Source: Octopus sinensis (lineage: Eukaryota). From it: a stretch of 64,000 nt of DNA. The position numbers and the translations under genes are program-made. Below, piece after piece: positions 52,200 through 64,000 of the stretch (its first letter is position 1; each line of letters opens with the position of its first letter). The stretch is from contig NC_043013.1 of NCBI RefSeq assembly GCF_006345805.1, positions 41,664,001-41,728,000 of the forward strand. Reading direction: 5' to 3'. Below the pieces are notes generated by a model, which saw nothing but the letters and a program-made list of their open reading frames with translations, had not been told where the DNA came from and searched no databases.

Positions 52200-52590
52200 A
52201 TATATATATAAAGCACAAGTTGTCTGTTTATGGCAGGTTTGGTAGCCTTCAACTAACACTATCTCCTCCGAGACCCTGCAGCGCAAGTTGACCAAAATTG
52301 AAAGTATGCTAGAAGAAGGCTTGCTCTTCATTCCATAGAAGAAAAAAAATTCAAATCGAGCCATGTTAACACCAAAAATTATTTACATCAAAAAGGTGCT
52401 TTTTTTTTCTATGAAAATCCCTATTTTGTACGATTTTTTTACTTCTGTGTTGCCATATTTCGGTGTATTTCAACCAGAAAAATGTTCACTTAAAGAGAGT
52501 AACAAGCTACATAATGCAAAATTTTTACTTTTCAAAAATTCCAATTCTAAAGGATCGAAACAAACACAAGCAACACCGGGCAATACTGCC
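52200..52590 (+). mobile_element. Probable non-autonomous Helitron-like element
   Basis: Starts ATATATATAAAG; the end GCAACACCGGGCAATACTGC resembles the 56116-56143 terminus. Confidence 0.55.
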
Positions 52591-53098
52591 CGGTCTATGT
52601 CTATATATCTCCCTTGTTCTTCCTTTCTGTTTTTCTCTCTTCTCCTCTTCACTGTTCCCTCTCCCCCCTCTCTCTCTCTCTCTTCCTCCTTGACTCTTTC
52701 GTTGCTCACACGTGACTAACGGCCTTTCTTTCTTTCTTTCTTCCACTTCCTTCCTAAAGACAAGACGGGCTTTTATCTGTCTCTTCTCAAAGCTCGTTTT
52801 TCCACCGTTCATTACTTCACATCGTCTTGACTTAATAACCCTCACCGTTTATTTTTACTGTTTTGTTCTCACTGTCCTGTTCTTGTTACCACTTTCACCC
52901 TCCGCAAAAAATCCCAAATTTTATTTAACTTACTTTGCGGGAAGGACTGTTTAACGAAGTTGCGTCTTGTCTTGCCTTCGAGACGCAGAGTAGATAAATC
53001 AGGGGACAAATGATGAAGGGAATGTTCTTTATGTTGCATGTCTCTATGTATATATACAGACATACAGACACACACACACATACATATATGCATATATG

Positions 53099-53162
<64 letters not shown>

Positions 53163-53167
53163 TATAT

Positions 53168-53280
<113 letters not shown>

Positions 53281-54101
53281 GTATAAATGTATGTATGTAT
53301 GTATGTATAAAACAAAAAGGAAGAATGCAGAAGATCGTCTGAAATTGGTGATTCCAATATACAATACTGACGATTCTTGCTGTTGTATCAAAATATTTAT
53401 TTACAGAATATATCAGTCGAATTATTACATCCGAACATATATGTTAACACAATGTTCTCAAAGTATGTGTAAACAAAATGTCTGCGCATATACCTGCGTA
53501 TCCATGTGTAGATGTGTGTGCGCGTGCGCGCATCAGAGCGACAGACAGACAGAGTCCAACGATAATGAATTTAATCTGTTTATTATTGCTATTTACAGAC
53601 AGATTTATCAGAGTGTCGAGTGGATTGGTGTTCACCATTTACGGGTAGGTGAAGTTTTTTTTTTTTGATTCAGGTGAGGTGGCATGCAGAAGTGGATTAT
53701 AGCATATGATGATAATAAATAATACCAGATCATTATATCTCATTATATCTAGGAAAGAATCCGATTAAAACGCTGTTTGGATGAGAGGGAGAGGGAATGA
53801 TAATATAAGATTGTATAATTATGTATGTGTAGATGTATGTAAGTGTTTTCTTCTGGATATGTGCGTATGTGCGTGTGTTATTTTGAGTGTGCACGTCGGG
53901 TCGTGTCGGGGTTTATGTGTAAGTTTGGATGCTTAAGTATATTTATATATATATATATATACATATATGTGTGTGTGTGTGTGTATGGGTGTGTGCGTGT
54001 GTGCGTGTGTGTGTGTATCTGTGTGTATGCAAATGTTTGTGTATGTGTGTTTTGCGTGTTGTGAATTTTCTCATGTGTCAGTTTACCTCTCTCTCTCTCT
54101 C

Positions 54102-54149
<48 letters not shown>

Positions 54150-54206
54150 CATATATATATATATGTATGCATATATATATATATATATAGTGAGAGACAG
54201 ACAGAC

Positions 54207-54290
<84 letters not shown>

Positions 54291-54317
54291 GAACAGATAT
54301 ATATATATATATACATA

Positions 54318-54785
54318 TATCTCTTATTATAAAAGGCAGATTTTATCTGCCTCCCTTTGGGAGTTATACAAATCTACAATATAGCATTTCTTCAATTACA
54401 ATTTACCTAGCATTTTAAAGAGTACAATGCATCGCGTCATGCCAGGTCCAGTTTTTAAAATTTAAACTCCAATTAAGCAAAATTTACAGAAAACTCACAT
54501 TCTGGTGTGTGTGTCAAATGCTTTTCTTAGTCTGGTTTACACCACACGCAAACGCACACACACAGTGGGCAACGAATAAAATGAAAGTAAATAGCGACAG
54601 AGTGATTTGAGGAAGACTAAACTGAAAGTATTCTGTCTATGACGCTGATAGATACATGAGTAAAATGTATGGGAAGCTAAGAGCTAAGAGTGAGTGAAAA
54701 TGTTCTTGGAAGAGAGTAAATAGCGAGAGAGAGAGTGATTTGAGGAAGACTTTACATTAAATAACCGTAGTGGCTTGTGTTAGTA
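54318..54785 (+). mobile_element. Possible non-autonomous Helitron-like element
   Basis: 5' TCTCTTATTATAAAAG after A; 3' end uncertain. Confidence 0.4.
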
Positions 54786-54900
54786 ATAAAGTAAACATAC
54801 ACTCATACATACATACATACATACACACACACACATACACACACACATACATACACACACACATACATACATACATACACACATACATACATACATACAT

Positions 54901-54931
<31 letters not shown>

Positions 54932-55124
54932 TACACACACACACAGTATTGAAGCTTGAGAACAATCAGATACATTTGCAACACATCTGTTGAAAATATT
55001 ATTGTTCACACACATACATATACATATATACATACAGACAGACAGACAGATAGACACACACACACACACATGATCCAGCATGGCCACAACCTCAAGGCTG
55101 AACATATAAAAGAATAACAGAATA

Positions 55125-55490
55125 TAAATGTGTGCAAAGTACAAGAAATATTAATGCAGTATATGGGGATTGGACAATAAGCGTAAGGCAGTGTCAATGG
55201 TGGTTCCAGAAATCCCGAGCCATAAACTACAGCCTAGAAGACGAGCCTCATCCTGAAAGATCTGTAGAACTCGACAAGGACATCCTGAAAACCCTGGTGG
55301 AACAAAATCTCATCGTAACTGTTGAGGAACTAGCAGAGAAGCTTGGATTTGGTCATTCAACCATTCATTGAGACCTGTGTGCTATCGGAAAAGTCAGCAA
55401 ATTGGGTCAATGGGTTCCTCACGAACTTTCCGAGTCTAATTGCATGCAGAGAGTGAATGTATGCTTTTCTTTGCTGTCACATCTCACCAC
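55125..55490 (+). pseudogene. Mariner transposase N-terminal fragment
   Basis: RNINAVYGD..SVRQCQWWF....SLEDEP..R..TVEELAEKL..HSTIH*..IGKVSKLGQWVPHEL (HTH region plus WVPHEL motif), internal stop. Confidence 0.92.
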
Positions 55491-55506
55491 TACTGCGCTA
55501 TGTATA

Positions 55507-56143
55507 TCTATATATATAAAACTGTAGTTGTGTGAGTGTCTGTCCCCTTCGATTTAGATTCCTAACTACTCCCACATTTTGCGGTGCAGTTTAACCAAAT
55601 TCGGGTAGCTTATAGTCGTGATTCATATCGAGCCCGTCTGAATATTAGCGCGCGTCTACGATGAGTCTACGATTTTAAAAATAATTTAACATCATTTTTT
55701 ATTCCATCTCAATGCATAATTTTTCGTGTGTCGATGGCGGCGGAGTTGGCGTCCACGCTCACACCTGTACCTGGGGGGAAGGGAGTGTAAGGAAATCAAC
55801 GTCGTAATGCGTTGTCAAGGAGACCAGCGTTCTTTTAGAACAACGACTTCATGGCTTGAAGACACCAAAACAGAAATGGCTAAGAAAGCGTCTACATGAG
55901 TCTACGATTTAAAAAAAAATTTACCATCGTTTTTTTTCCATTTTTATGCATTTTTTCGCTATTATATAAGGGAAGTAACTCTCTAAAAATGCCTGCGATG
56001 AGTCAACGATTTAAAAAAAAATTTACCATCATATTTTTTCCATTTTTAATGCATTTTTTGCTATTATTTGGCTATAACTCTCTAAAAATGCTTATATAGT
56101 TATTTCCCTTACAAACCCGAGCAACACCGGGCGATACTGCTAG
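55507..56143 (+). mobile_element. Complete non-autonomous Helitron
   Basis: A|TCTATATATATAAAA 5' end, subterminal hairpin CCCG..CGGG (56116-56131), CTAG|T 3' end; three internal subrepeats ATGAGTC.ACGATTT. Confidence 0.82.
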
Positions 56144-57945
56144 TGTAAATATATATGTAAATATATAAAATCAATATCATATATTTATAGATAGATACAT
56201 ACATACATACACACATACACACACATACCATACATAAATGCATACATATATGTGGCATGTAGCTATATACATATAAATAGGTGTGTATGTGTACATATAC
56301 TTATAAATACATATGTATATGTATATATGCATATGATATATATTTTTGTATGTATGTATGTATTTATATATTTATGCATATATATCAATGTGTGCATGTA
56401 TGTATTTATTTATGCATATATGTATATATGTATGCATGTATGTCTCTATGTATGTATATATGTATGTATGTTGGTAAATCGAAAATAAACGTAAGAACAA
56501 CGGAAGTCAAAACGACGTATTCGTGCGTGTTTTTAGTATGCGTGTAGTAGTTTGCCTATCTGTCTCAATATATGCGCATGCGCTGGTGCAGACATACATG
56601 ATAAGTGTACCCATGTTATCTTTCGGCAATTCTCCTTATCTAAAACCTGTAAAAACAAATCATATAAAGAAATGAAAAAAAAATAAAGATTCGCATAGAC
56701 ACAACAAGGGGAATGTCGTATATATATCAGAGTTCCTTTATTTTCCATGTTCGTTCCACCAAAAACACAAAAATAGACTTCTTCCAGTCTTAGAGAGACT
56801 GAAATTCAAAGTAATTAAATGGCGCGTGTTTTTACAGCGTTTGTGAAAACATGTTGAAAATACAACAGTAATTTAGTGGAAAATACGTTGTGTTTAGACA
56901 GTGGATGATGCATGGAAAATAAACAGATTTCATTACGGTACATTACTAAAAATCTTGGTGTACATAATGTCTTGTAGAGTGTACCCGTAAGTATGAGCTT
57001 GTTTGTAAACTCGCATGTGTGAAATTCGGTTTTAGATAAATGATATTAAACGGATGGTTTTCAATGAACGTTCCATTTCAGTGACACACGTATGCAAGTA
57101 GATAATATCACTGATGTAAAGAAAGAAAAATCACATAACATGGGTATTTTATGTGTTTTTAAAATGGTGGAAATATGACGTCAGCAACTAATTTCTCATT
57201 CAGTTTAACATGTCGTCTGTTTAAGAAACTGGACAGCGATGCGGTTGATCTGTGATACTGCCTGGAAGACAACAGTTGAACGAGAAAAAAAATAGCTTCC
57301 CCTTAGCTTTTCATAGCCAATATGGTTGATGGCTGATAGAATATTGGTCTCCGATCGATTTGAATAAAAACTTAAATCATCGTCTGAGTTCGAGGTGTCC
57401 AACAAGATTTGCTTCTTTCCAGATTTTTCGAAAGCTGAGGCATGTTTAAGGCTCGAAATAACACAAAGGCGAAAATCTGATATCGGTGTAAAAATCTCTT
57501 ATTTAAGATGGAGCACTTGTGCCTAAAGATGCGGCCAGTTGTCCTATCCTACTTTTTCCTGGTCAATGAGGTAGAAGATAGGATAATTGATGCAGTGGTT
57601 GGCAAGATAAATTCTCGATTTATTGACATTATTTGCATTTCCAGAAAGGGTAAATGAATTACTTGCAGGCCGTTGATATCAACTGAAATTACGAAGAGGA
57701 TACAACCACAAGTGTTAAGAGACATAGATGTGTTCCTTTCATTGGCGTAGGTGTCCAAGTGTTTCGTTGGTAGGTTTCAGCGCTGATGATGCTTATTCAG
57801 GTAGTAACACGTATCCATAATTGTCTACTTGTCGTAATAACTATATTTATTTAATTTCCTTGTGAAATTACGAATAGGGGCACCTAATTTTTATGGATTT
57901 AAAGACGGGCTTTGAATCCAATTCGTTTCGTTCTTAGTTAACAGT

Positions 57946-58317
57946 CGTGGAGGCGCAATGGCCCAGTGGTTAGGGTAGCGGACTCGCGGTTTCGATTCCC
58001 AGACCGAGCATTGTGAGTGTTTATTGAGCGAAAACACCTAAAGCTTCACAAGGCTCCTGCAGGGGGGGGCGGTGAACCCTGCTGTACTCTTTCACCACAA
58101 CTTTCTCTCACTCTTCCTTCCTTTTTCTGTTGCACCTGTATTTCAAAGAGCCAGTCTTGTCACACTCTGTGTCACGCTGAATCTCCTCGAGAACTACGTT
58201 AAGGGCACACGTGTCTGTGGAATGCTCAGCCACTTGCACGTTAATTCCACGAGCAAGCTGTTCCGTTGATCGCATCAGCTGGGACCCTCATCGTCGTAAC
58301 CGACGGAGTGCTCCTAC
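57946..58317 (+). mobile_element. SINE C full length with 11-bp TSD
   Basis: TAGTTAACAGT at 57935-57945 and 58318-58328. Confidence 0.93.
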
Positions 58318-58848
58318 TAGTTAACAGTAACACTCTACTTATCCGCTCCAAATTACCGATAAGCTGCATAGCAGCAGCCCTTCAGTTAAAGTTGAAAAGA
58401 GTCTAAACATCAAGCAGAACGTGGTACATGGCTAAGATTATGCATGCCTCTTTCAAGTCTTCATATTGAAGCTGCTTTTATATAGTTATATTCTCTAGTC
58501 CACTCTCACTGAGAAAACTTCAAGTGGCATCTGATCATTCCTATGTATATGCTGGACTCTCCCGTCCAAGACAAAGTATGAACGTTCAGCTTTTGCCAAA
58601 CGACTTGTACAAATAATTTTTTTATAGTAATCAAATGTTCCTGCCGCACATTAGCTCGCTCTCTCCATCAAATCGACGCTGTCTGAATAGGTGTATGGTA
58701 GACCAAGCGCCAGGTATCGAAGTGAAGTGATCGCAGAACAACGCGAGATGAAATGGTTTGCTCAAGAACACAACGCACCACTCAGTCTAAGACTTGATAT
58801 CACGACCGAGTGATCTTGAGTAAAACACCCTAACCACTAAGCCATACG

Positions 58849-58910
<62 letters not shown>

Positions 58911-58920
58911 CATACATACA

Positions 58921-58956
<36 letters not shown>

Positions 58957-59037
58957 TATATAATATGTGTGGTGTGTGTGTATGTATGTTTACATATATT
59001 TACATTTATACATACATACATATACACACACACACAC

Positions 59038-59078
<41 letters not shown>

Positions 59079-59099
59079 GTATAAAAAATATATATAAAA

Positions 59100-59290
59100 A
59101 TACAAAATGGGACAAGAACGCAAAACATTCAAATAGACGATACAAAAAACTAATCTTCAGTCAAGAATCCGGATCATCCTCGCAATTTCGGCTGATTAAT
59201 CTTGAGATTGCTCCGATCTGGCCAGCCCCAAGGAAAAACTAAGCTACGAGCATTAGATTTCTTGGAAAAAGAATCGAATGTATATGAAAC
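59100..59290 (-). repeat. Member of the dispersed family also at about 35140-35350 and 36970-37180
   Basis: Shared TTCCAAG.AATCTAA.GCTC.TAGCTTAGTTTT..GAAATTGCGA..CTTGACTGAAGA; ends next to (TA)n. Confidence 0.75.
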
Positions 59291-59295
59291 GTGTG

Positions 59296-59345
<50 letters not shown>

Positions 59346-59615
59346 CACACACATTTACATATACATATACGTATAACACTGTTTTGCTAGTTTCAACCCA
59401 AAGGTTGTGGTCGGTGATGAACAGACATAAACGCAATGACGCACACACGCATACATATGTACATGTATAATTACATATGACTGGCTACCAGAGTTTCCGT
59501 CCACCAAATTCATTCACAAAACAGTGGTCGTCCCCGTGCCGCAGCATACACAGACATCCACGCACATACATTACATGTATACATGCACACATACATACAT
59601 ACATACATACATACA

Positions 59616-59651
<36 letters not shown>

Positions 59652-59787
59652 TAGATGGATGGATGGATGGATGGATAGATCAAAACAGTTTGATTCAAGC
59701 TCCTTGCTACTGTGAGTGTCGATAGTCTTCGGCCACTAAGTTTGAAACCCAATGGCAGAAGACTAGCGACACGCTTGAAACTCAGAG

Positions 59788-59848
59788 TATCAAGGAGTAC
59801 TTGATACAAGGAGTACTTGATACAAGGAGTACTTGATACAAGGAGTAT
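59788..59848. repeat. 16-bp tandem repeat CAAGGAGTACTTGATA, about 3.5 copies
   Basis: Direct reading. Confidence 0.9.
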
Positions 59849-61886
59849 CAAGCTATTTTGATCCTAAAAAAGTCCCCCAAAAATGTGTTGAGTGCCCTTT
59901 TGTTTGTCTACTCACTCGTATATCGTTCAACTATGGTAGTAGTTGAACAATGTTCTTAAGGCCGCAATTTACTCACACGCAGCACCTTTCAGAGCTTGTC
60001 GCTAATTCAGTTCTTAACCAAACAGAAGACTGGTTCCTAGCAACATTTTGGCATAAAAAATGAGATCTGAACCAGCAGAAAAAAGGTCACATCAATATTT
60101 GTAGCAACGTTATAGGAGAGTAAGTAACGCTACCAATTCAGTTTAGATATGAATAACTTTTTTTATTTTAAAAGCAAAATATATTTATCTTGGCTTCAAT
60201 GATAGAAGAAAGCATGAAGAATTTCATAGTTTTGTTCCCTTGCAACAAAAATTTGTACCAAAAAACTTGTGAGGTAAAATATCATGAAAAAAATATGAGG
60301 CCAAAAATTGGATTTAAGTATGATTAACTTTCTTATTTTAAAAACAAACTATATTTTAATTAAGCTAAAATGATAGAGCTCAAATCGAGGAATTTTATGG
60401 TATCAATCTCATGGAATGAAATTTTAAAAGAAAAAAAGTTATCAGTGTTTGTTTTTCAAATTTGAGGGTGATAATATAGTTCTATACATTTTTATAAATA
60501 AAGTGCTATAAGGGGACTTTTGATTTATGTCACCGACGTCATTGAGGTAAGGAAAAAATTATCAACGACAACGCAAATTAACGCATTTGACACATTATTG
60601 ATTAGCATAATAGCACAACCTGGAAAAATCATGGATTACATGAAAAAATGCCAGCAAGGATAAGTTATTGCACTTGGAACAGTTCAGGACAACTTATTAC
60701 ATCTGGTAAAGTACAGAAGAAGAACATTTTTGCTTAAACTATTGCAGCTAAGGATAAAACCTGAATATTAAAAATTATTTGATTTTAATTTACAAAGTAA
60801 TATTATAATTAAAAAAGGTACCATCATTTTGTTAAAATATCATTTTCTACTCTAGGCACAGGGCCCAGCATTTTTGGAGACGGGGCTAATCGATTAAATT
60901 GACCCCAATACGTAACTGGTACTTAATTTATCGACCCCGAAAGGATGAAAAGCAAAGTCGACTTCGATGGAATTTGAACTCAGAGCGTAAAAAACATTTT
61001 GCTCGTATCAAACTTTCGACACTTTTCCATCGCCTGGCCTCTGAGTCAGTTCCAACTGTATACGTAGTCACCTACAAATTTTAGGGTACTTCATGATAGA
61101 GTGTACTATTAGGAGATAATGGCTCTCAAATTCATGAATACTTGTATACATACATATGAGTACAGATGTATATGTAGATATATAATACGTACGAGTACAT
61201 ATGCATGTATGGAGATAGACAGATTGACAAACGTTTTTGCCAGCTCGCCGTCTTATTTTGTTAAAATATTGACACACTGCAATACTTTAAGAATGAGAAC
61301 CAGAAGTACCAATATAGCTAGAGTTTTATGCAAAGTAGAACATGGTAGGCAAATTCATTATGTAAAATATAAGCATTGGGTCAAGACAAAGGCAATAACT
61401 CAAGCAAATTTTACTGTGGATTTGTTGTTATAGGTAGATTTTATTGAAATATATAACTAATTTTTGTATTATTCTATTTATTGTACTAATTATGTACTAC
61501 TATTATTTTTATAACATATTTTCAGATTTCTAATTATTAATCAATAATTTTTAAAAAATGGATTTCTTTATAGTGCAAAGAATATTTTAAGTTCATCTTT
61601 TATTTTTAATAGAAGTAACAAGTAAAATCAAATAGAAGTAATAACTTGTAATAAAACTTTTAGTTTTAATAAAAGCTAATATTTACTAAATCAAAATATT
61701 TTATTTGATTTACCAGATGTATTAAGTTGTTATTTGTACTTTACCAGATGTATTAAGTTGTTCTGAACTTTTCCAAGTGTAATGACTTGTCCTATAATTT
61801 TCGAGGTTTATAATCTTCAGAATATTATTTCTCTTGCTCGCATTTTTCCATATAATTATACACAGAGATAGATAGATAGATAGATA

Positions 61887-62050
61887 TGTTTCTTTATTAG
61901 CCACACAGGGCTGCACACAGATAGAACAAATTACAAGGTAGAGCTTTTCTTTGAAGGTATTAAAAAAAAAAAAAAAAAAAAAAAAAATAGGAAGGGGGAG
62001 GTTCGATCAAAAGGATCGTAAAAGGAGAGAAAGAGGACAAAAAAAAAGGG

Positions 62051-62089
<39 letters not shown>

Positions 62090-62096
62090 GGAGAGG

Positions 62097-62130
<34 letters not shown>

Positions 62131-63004
62131 ATCAATAGGGATCGTTATCACAGAAATGTCAATATGAAGTGTAAAGGGGAGGACAGGTGAGTTTACCCGT
62201 GGAAAGAAAAGCCTACGGAAAAGACCACGGTAACCTCGGTCAATGAAGTCACATTTTATATTTCTTTTTTTTTTTTTTTTTTTTTTTTGCAAATAAGTAA
62301 CTCTCTGTTTTCGATTTCTGGGTTCATAGGACTATGCTCAAGGTGGCTTCGTCATTCATACGTGCCATTCTTGCAACATTCACCCATCTTTTTTTAAAAC
62401 ATTCGCTAGACAAAACTTGCCTCTCTACTCTCACTTTCCTTTTCAAGTGGTACTTGAAGAAGTTGATGAGAGATGACCAGAGAGGAAAGTGTTTGTCTCC
62501 AATCCTTTCAGACGCGTCCACCAGATACATTCTTTCGCCATAGCCACAAGGATGATGAAAATAGCTCTTCCTTCCCGTTTGAAGGAAGGAGGCGTGACAA
62601 TATTGACGATAGACTCAGCTGATAAACCGACTCGTCCCACACGTGACAGCAGTTGTTCGACATAAGCCCACAGGTCGGAAATTGTTGGACACTGAACGAG
62701 TGCGTGCAGAACGGTTTCGTCGCTCTGACCGCATCTCGGGCAGGTCGGCCCCGTGTTTCTCGAGCCGTGTCTGTAGAGCTTATCCCGAACGGGTAGCGCT
62801 TCTCGGTAGCACTGCCAGGCCAGGGATCTCTGGAAGTTGTCCATGGGCCCTGGCCCGAAAGTCGTCCCGAACAGGCGGGTCAGGTACTCCTCGTCGACGT
62901 CCAGGTTCGCCCCGAGCTCGTCGTCGTACCTCCCCTCCACTAAAACCCCTATAGAATGCTTGGTTGTGTTGAAGTCACTTAGGTCGACCCAGGACGGCAG
63001 AAAG
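61887..63004 (-). mobile_element. 5'-truncated Tx1/L1-clade LINE: ORF2 C-terminal zinc finger, stop at 62324, 3' UTR
   Basis: AWQCYREALPVRDKL..CPRCGQSDETVLHALVQC..LW..IWWTR (zf-RVT-type CCHC); the 3' end AATAAAGAAACA runs into (TATC)n. Confidence 0.88.
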
Positions 63005-63367
63005 GTGACTTCAACACAACCAAAGCATTCTATAGGGGTTTAGTGGAGGGGAGGTACGACGACGAGCTCGGGGCGAACCTGGACGTCGACGAGGAGTACC
63101 TGACCCGCCTGTTCGGGACGACTTTCGGGCCAGGGCCCATGGACAACTTCCAGAGATCCCTGGCCTGGCAGTGCTACCGAGAAGCGCTACCGTCGGGATA
63201 AGCTCTACAGACACGGCTCGAGAAACACGGGGCCGACCTGCCCGAGATGCGGTCAGAGCGACGACGAAACCGTTCTGCACGCACTCGTTCAGTGTCCAAC
63301 AATTTCCGACTGTGGGCTTATGTCGAACAACTGCTGTCACGTGTGGACGAGTCGGTTTATCAGCTGA
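63005..63367 (+). mobile_element. Inverted duplicate (about 363 bp) of 62615-62978 of the same LINE
   Basis: Near-perfect reverse complement with a 26-bp spacer (62979-63004). Confidence 0.93.
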
Positions 63368-63507
<140 letters not shown>

Positions 63508-64000
63508 CATCTTTGGAAGAGGTGCACAATTATGTAACAGAAATACAAAAGTGTAATGAGCTCAATACAAGTTTATAGGGTTGATTATGAATTTATTTTC
63601 AGCTAGAAATACGCAGGCTGCCGCTATTAGCTTCACGTTTTATCGATTTTCAAGCAATCAATTTTAATAAATGAGACAACTTTGTATTAATACGGTATAA
63701 ACTACAAAAACCGTTGAGTAAGCACGTTAACAATACAAAACTATTTGATGTGTTTCGAACGTTATTGTATAACACTATCTGTCGTCTGCTCGTTTGTCTT
63801 TTTGTTATATGATGAACGACAAACAAATAACGAATTTTAATTCATTTTTTTTTCTAAAGAACTATTTTTTTAGAACGTCGATGAATATGTTAAGCGAATA
63901 TACCGCTTTTAGTCGTTAACTAATTCAATTTTTTTTTAATAAATATTTTGAATTATGACGACAAGATATCAATTCTGAACTTTTGTTCAAAACAGAACAT

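Noticed and set aside
63600-63720. TTTATTTTCAG...GA|GTAAGC as a coding exon
   Set aside because: Stops in all three frames; at most a non-coding exon, and unsupported.

Overview
Eukaryotic, repeat-dominated genomic DNA. The SINE families, microsatellite load and LINE types point to a cephalopod, most likely Octopus (inference; no database check). I found no confidently intact host gene, and most ORF-track entries are microsatellite artefacts. The window holds three or four tRNA-type SINE families (dozens of copies, several with target-site duplications) and fragments of Penelope-like (RT + GIY-YIG), CR1, RTE, R4-like, Tx1/L1, hAT, mariner and Helitron elements. There is also a 100-N gap with a duplicated flank and a 1.83-kb tandem duplication. 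Main second-look signals: (i) minimal type I hammerhead ribozyme motifs in at least three unrelated short elements, two of which sit in fold-back (inverted) structures whose inversion point lies in the palindromic 5' strand of hammerhead stem I; (ii) two LINE-SINE pairs with shared 3' ends, one involving a Tx1-like L1 embedded in (GATA)n; (iii) a SINE that forms one-head/many-body multimers with a fixed junction. All folds and alignments were done by eye.
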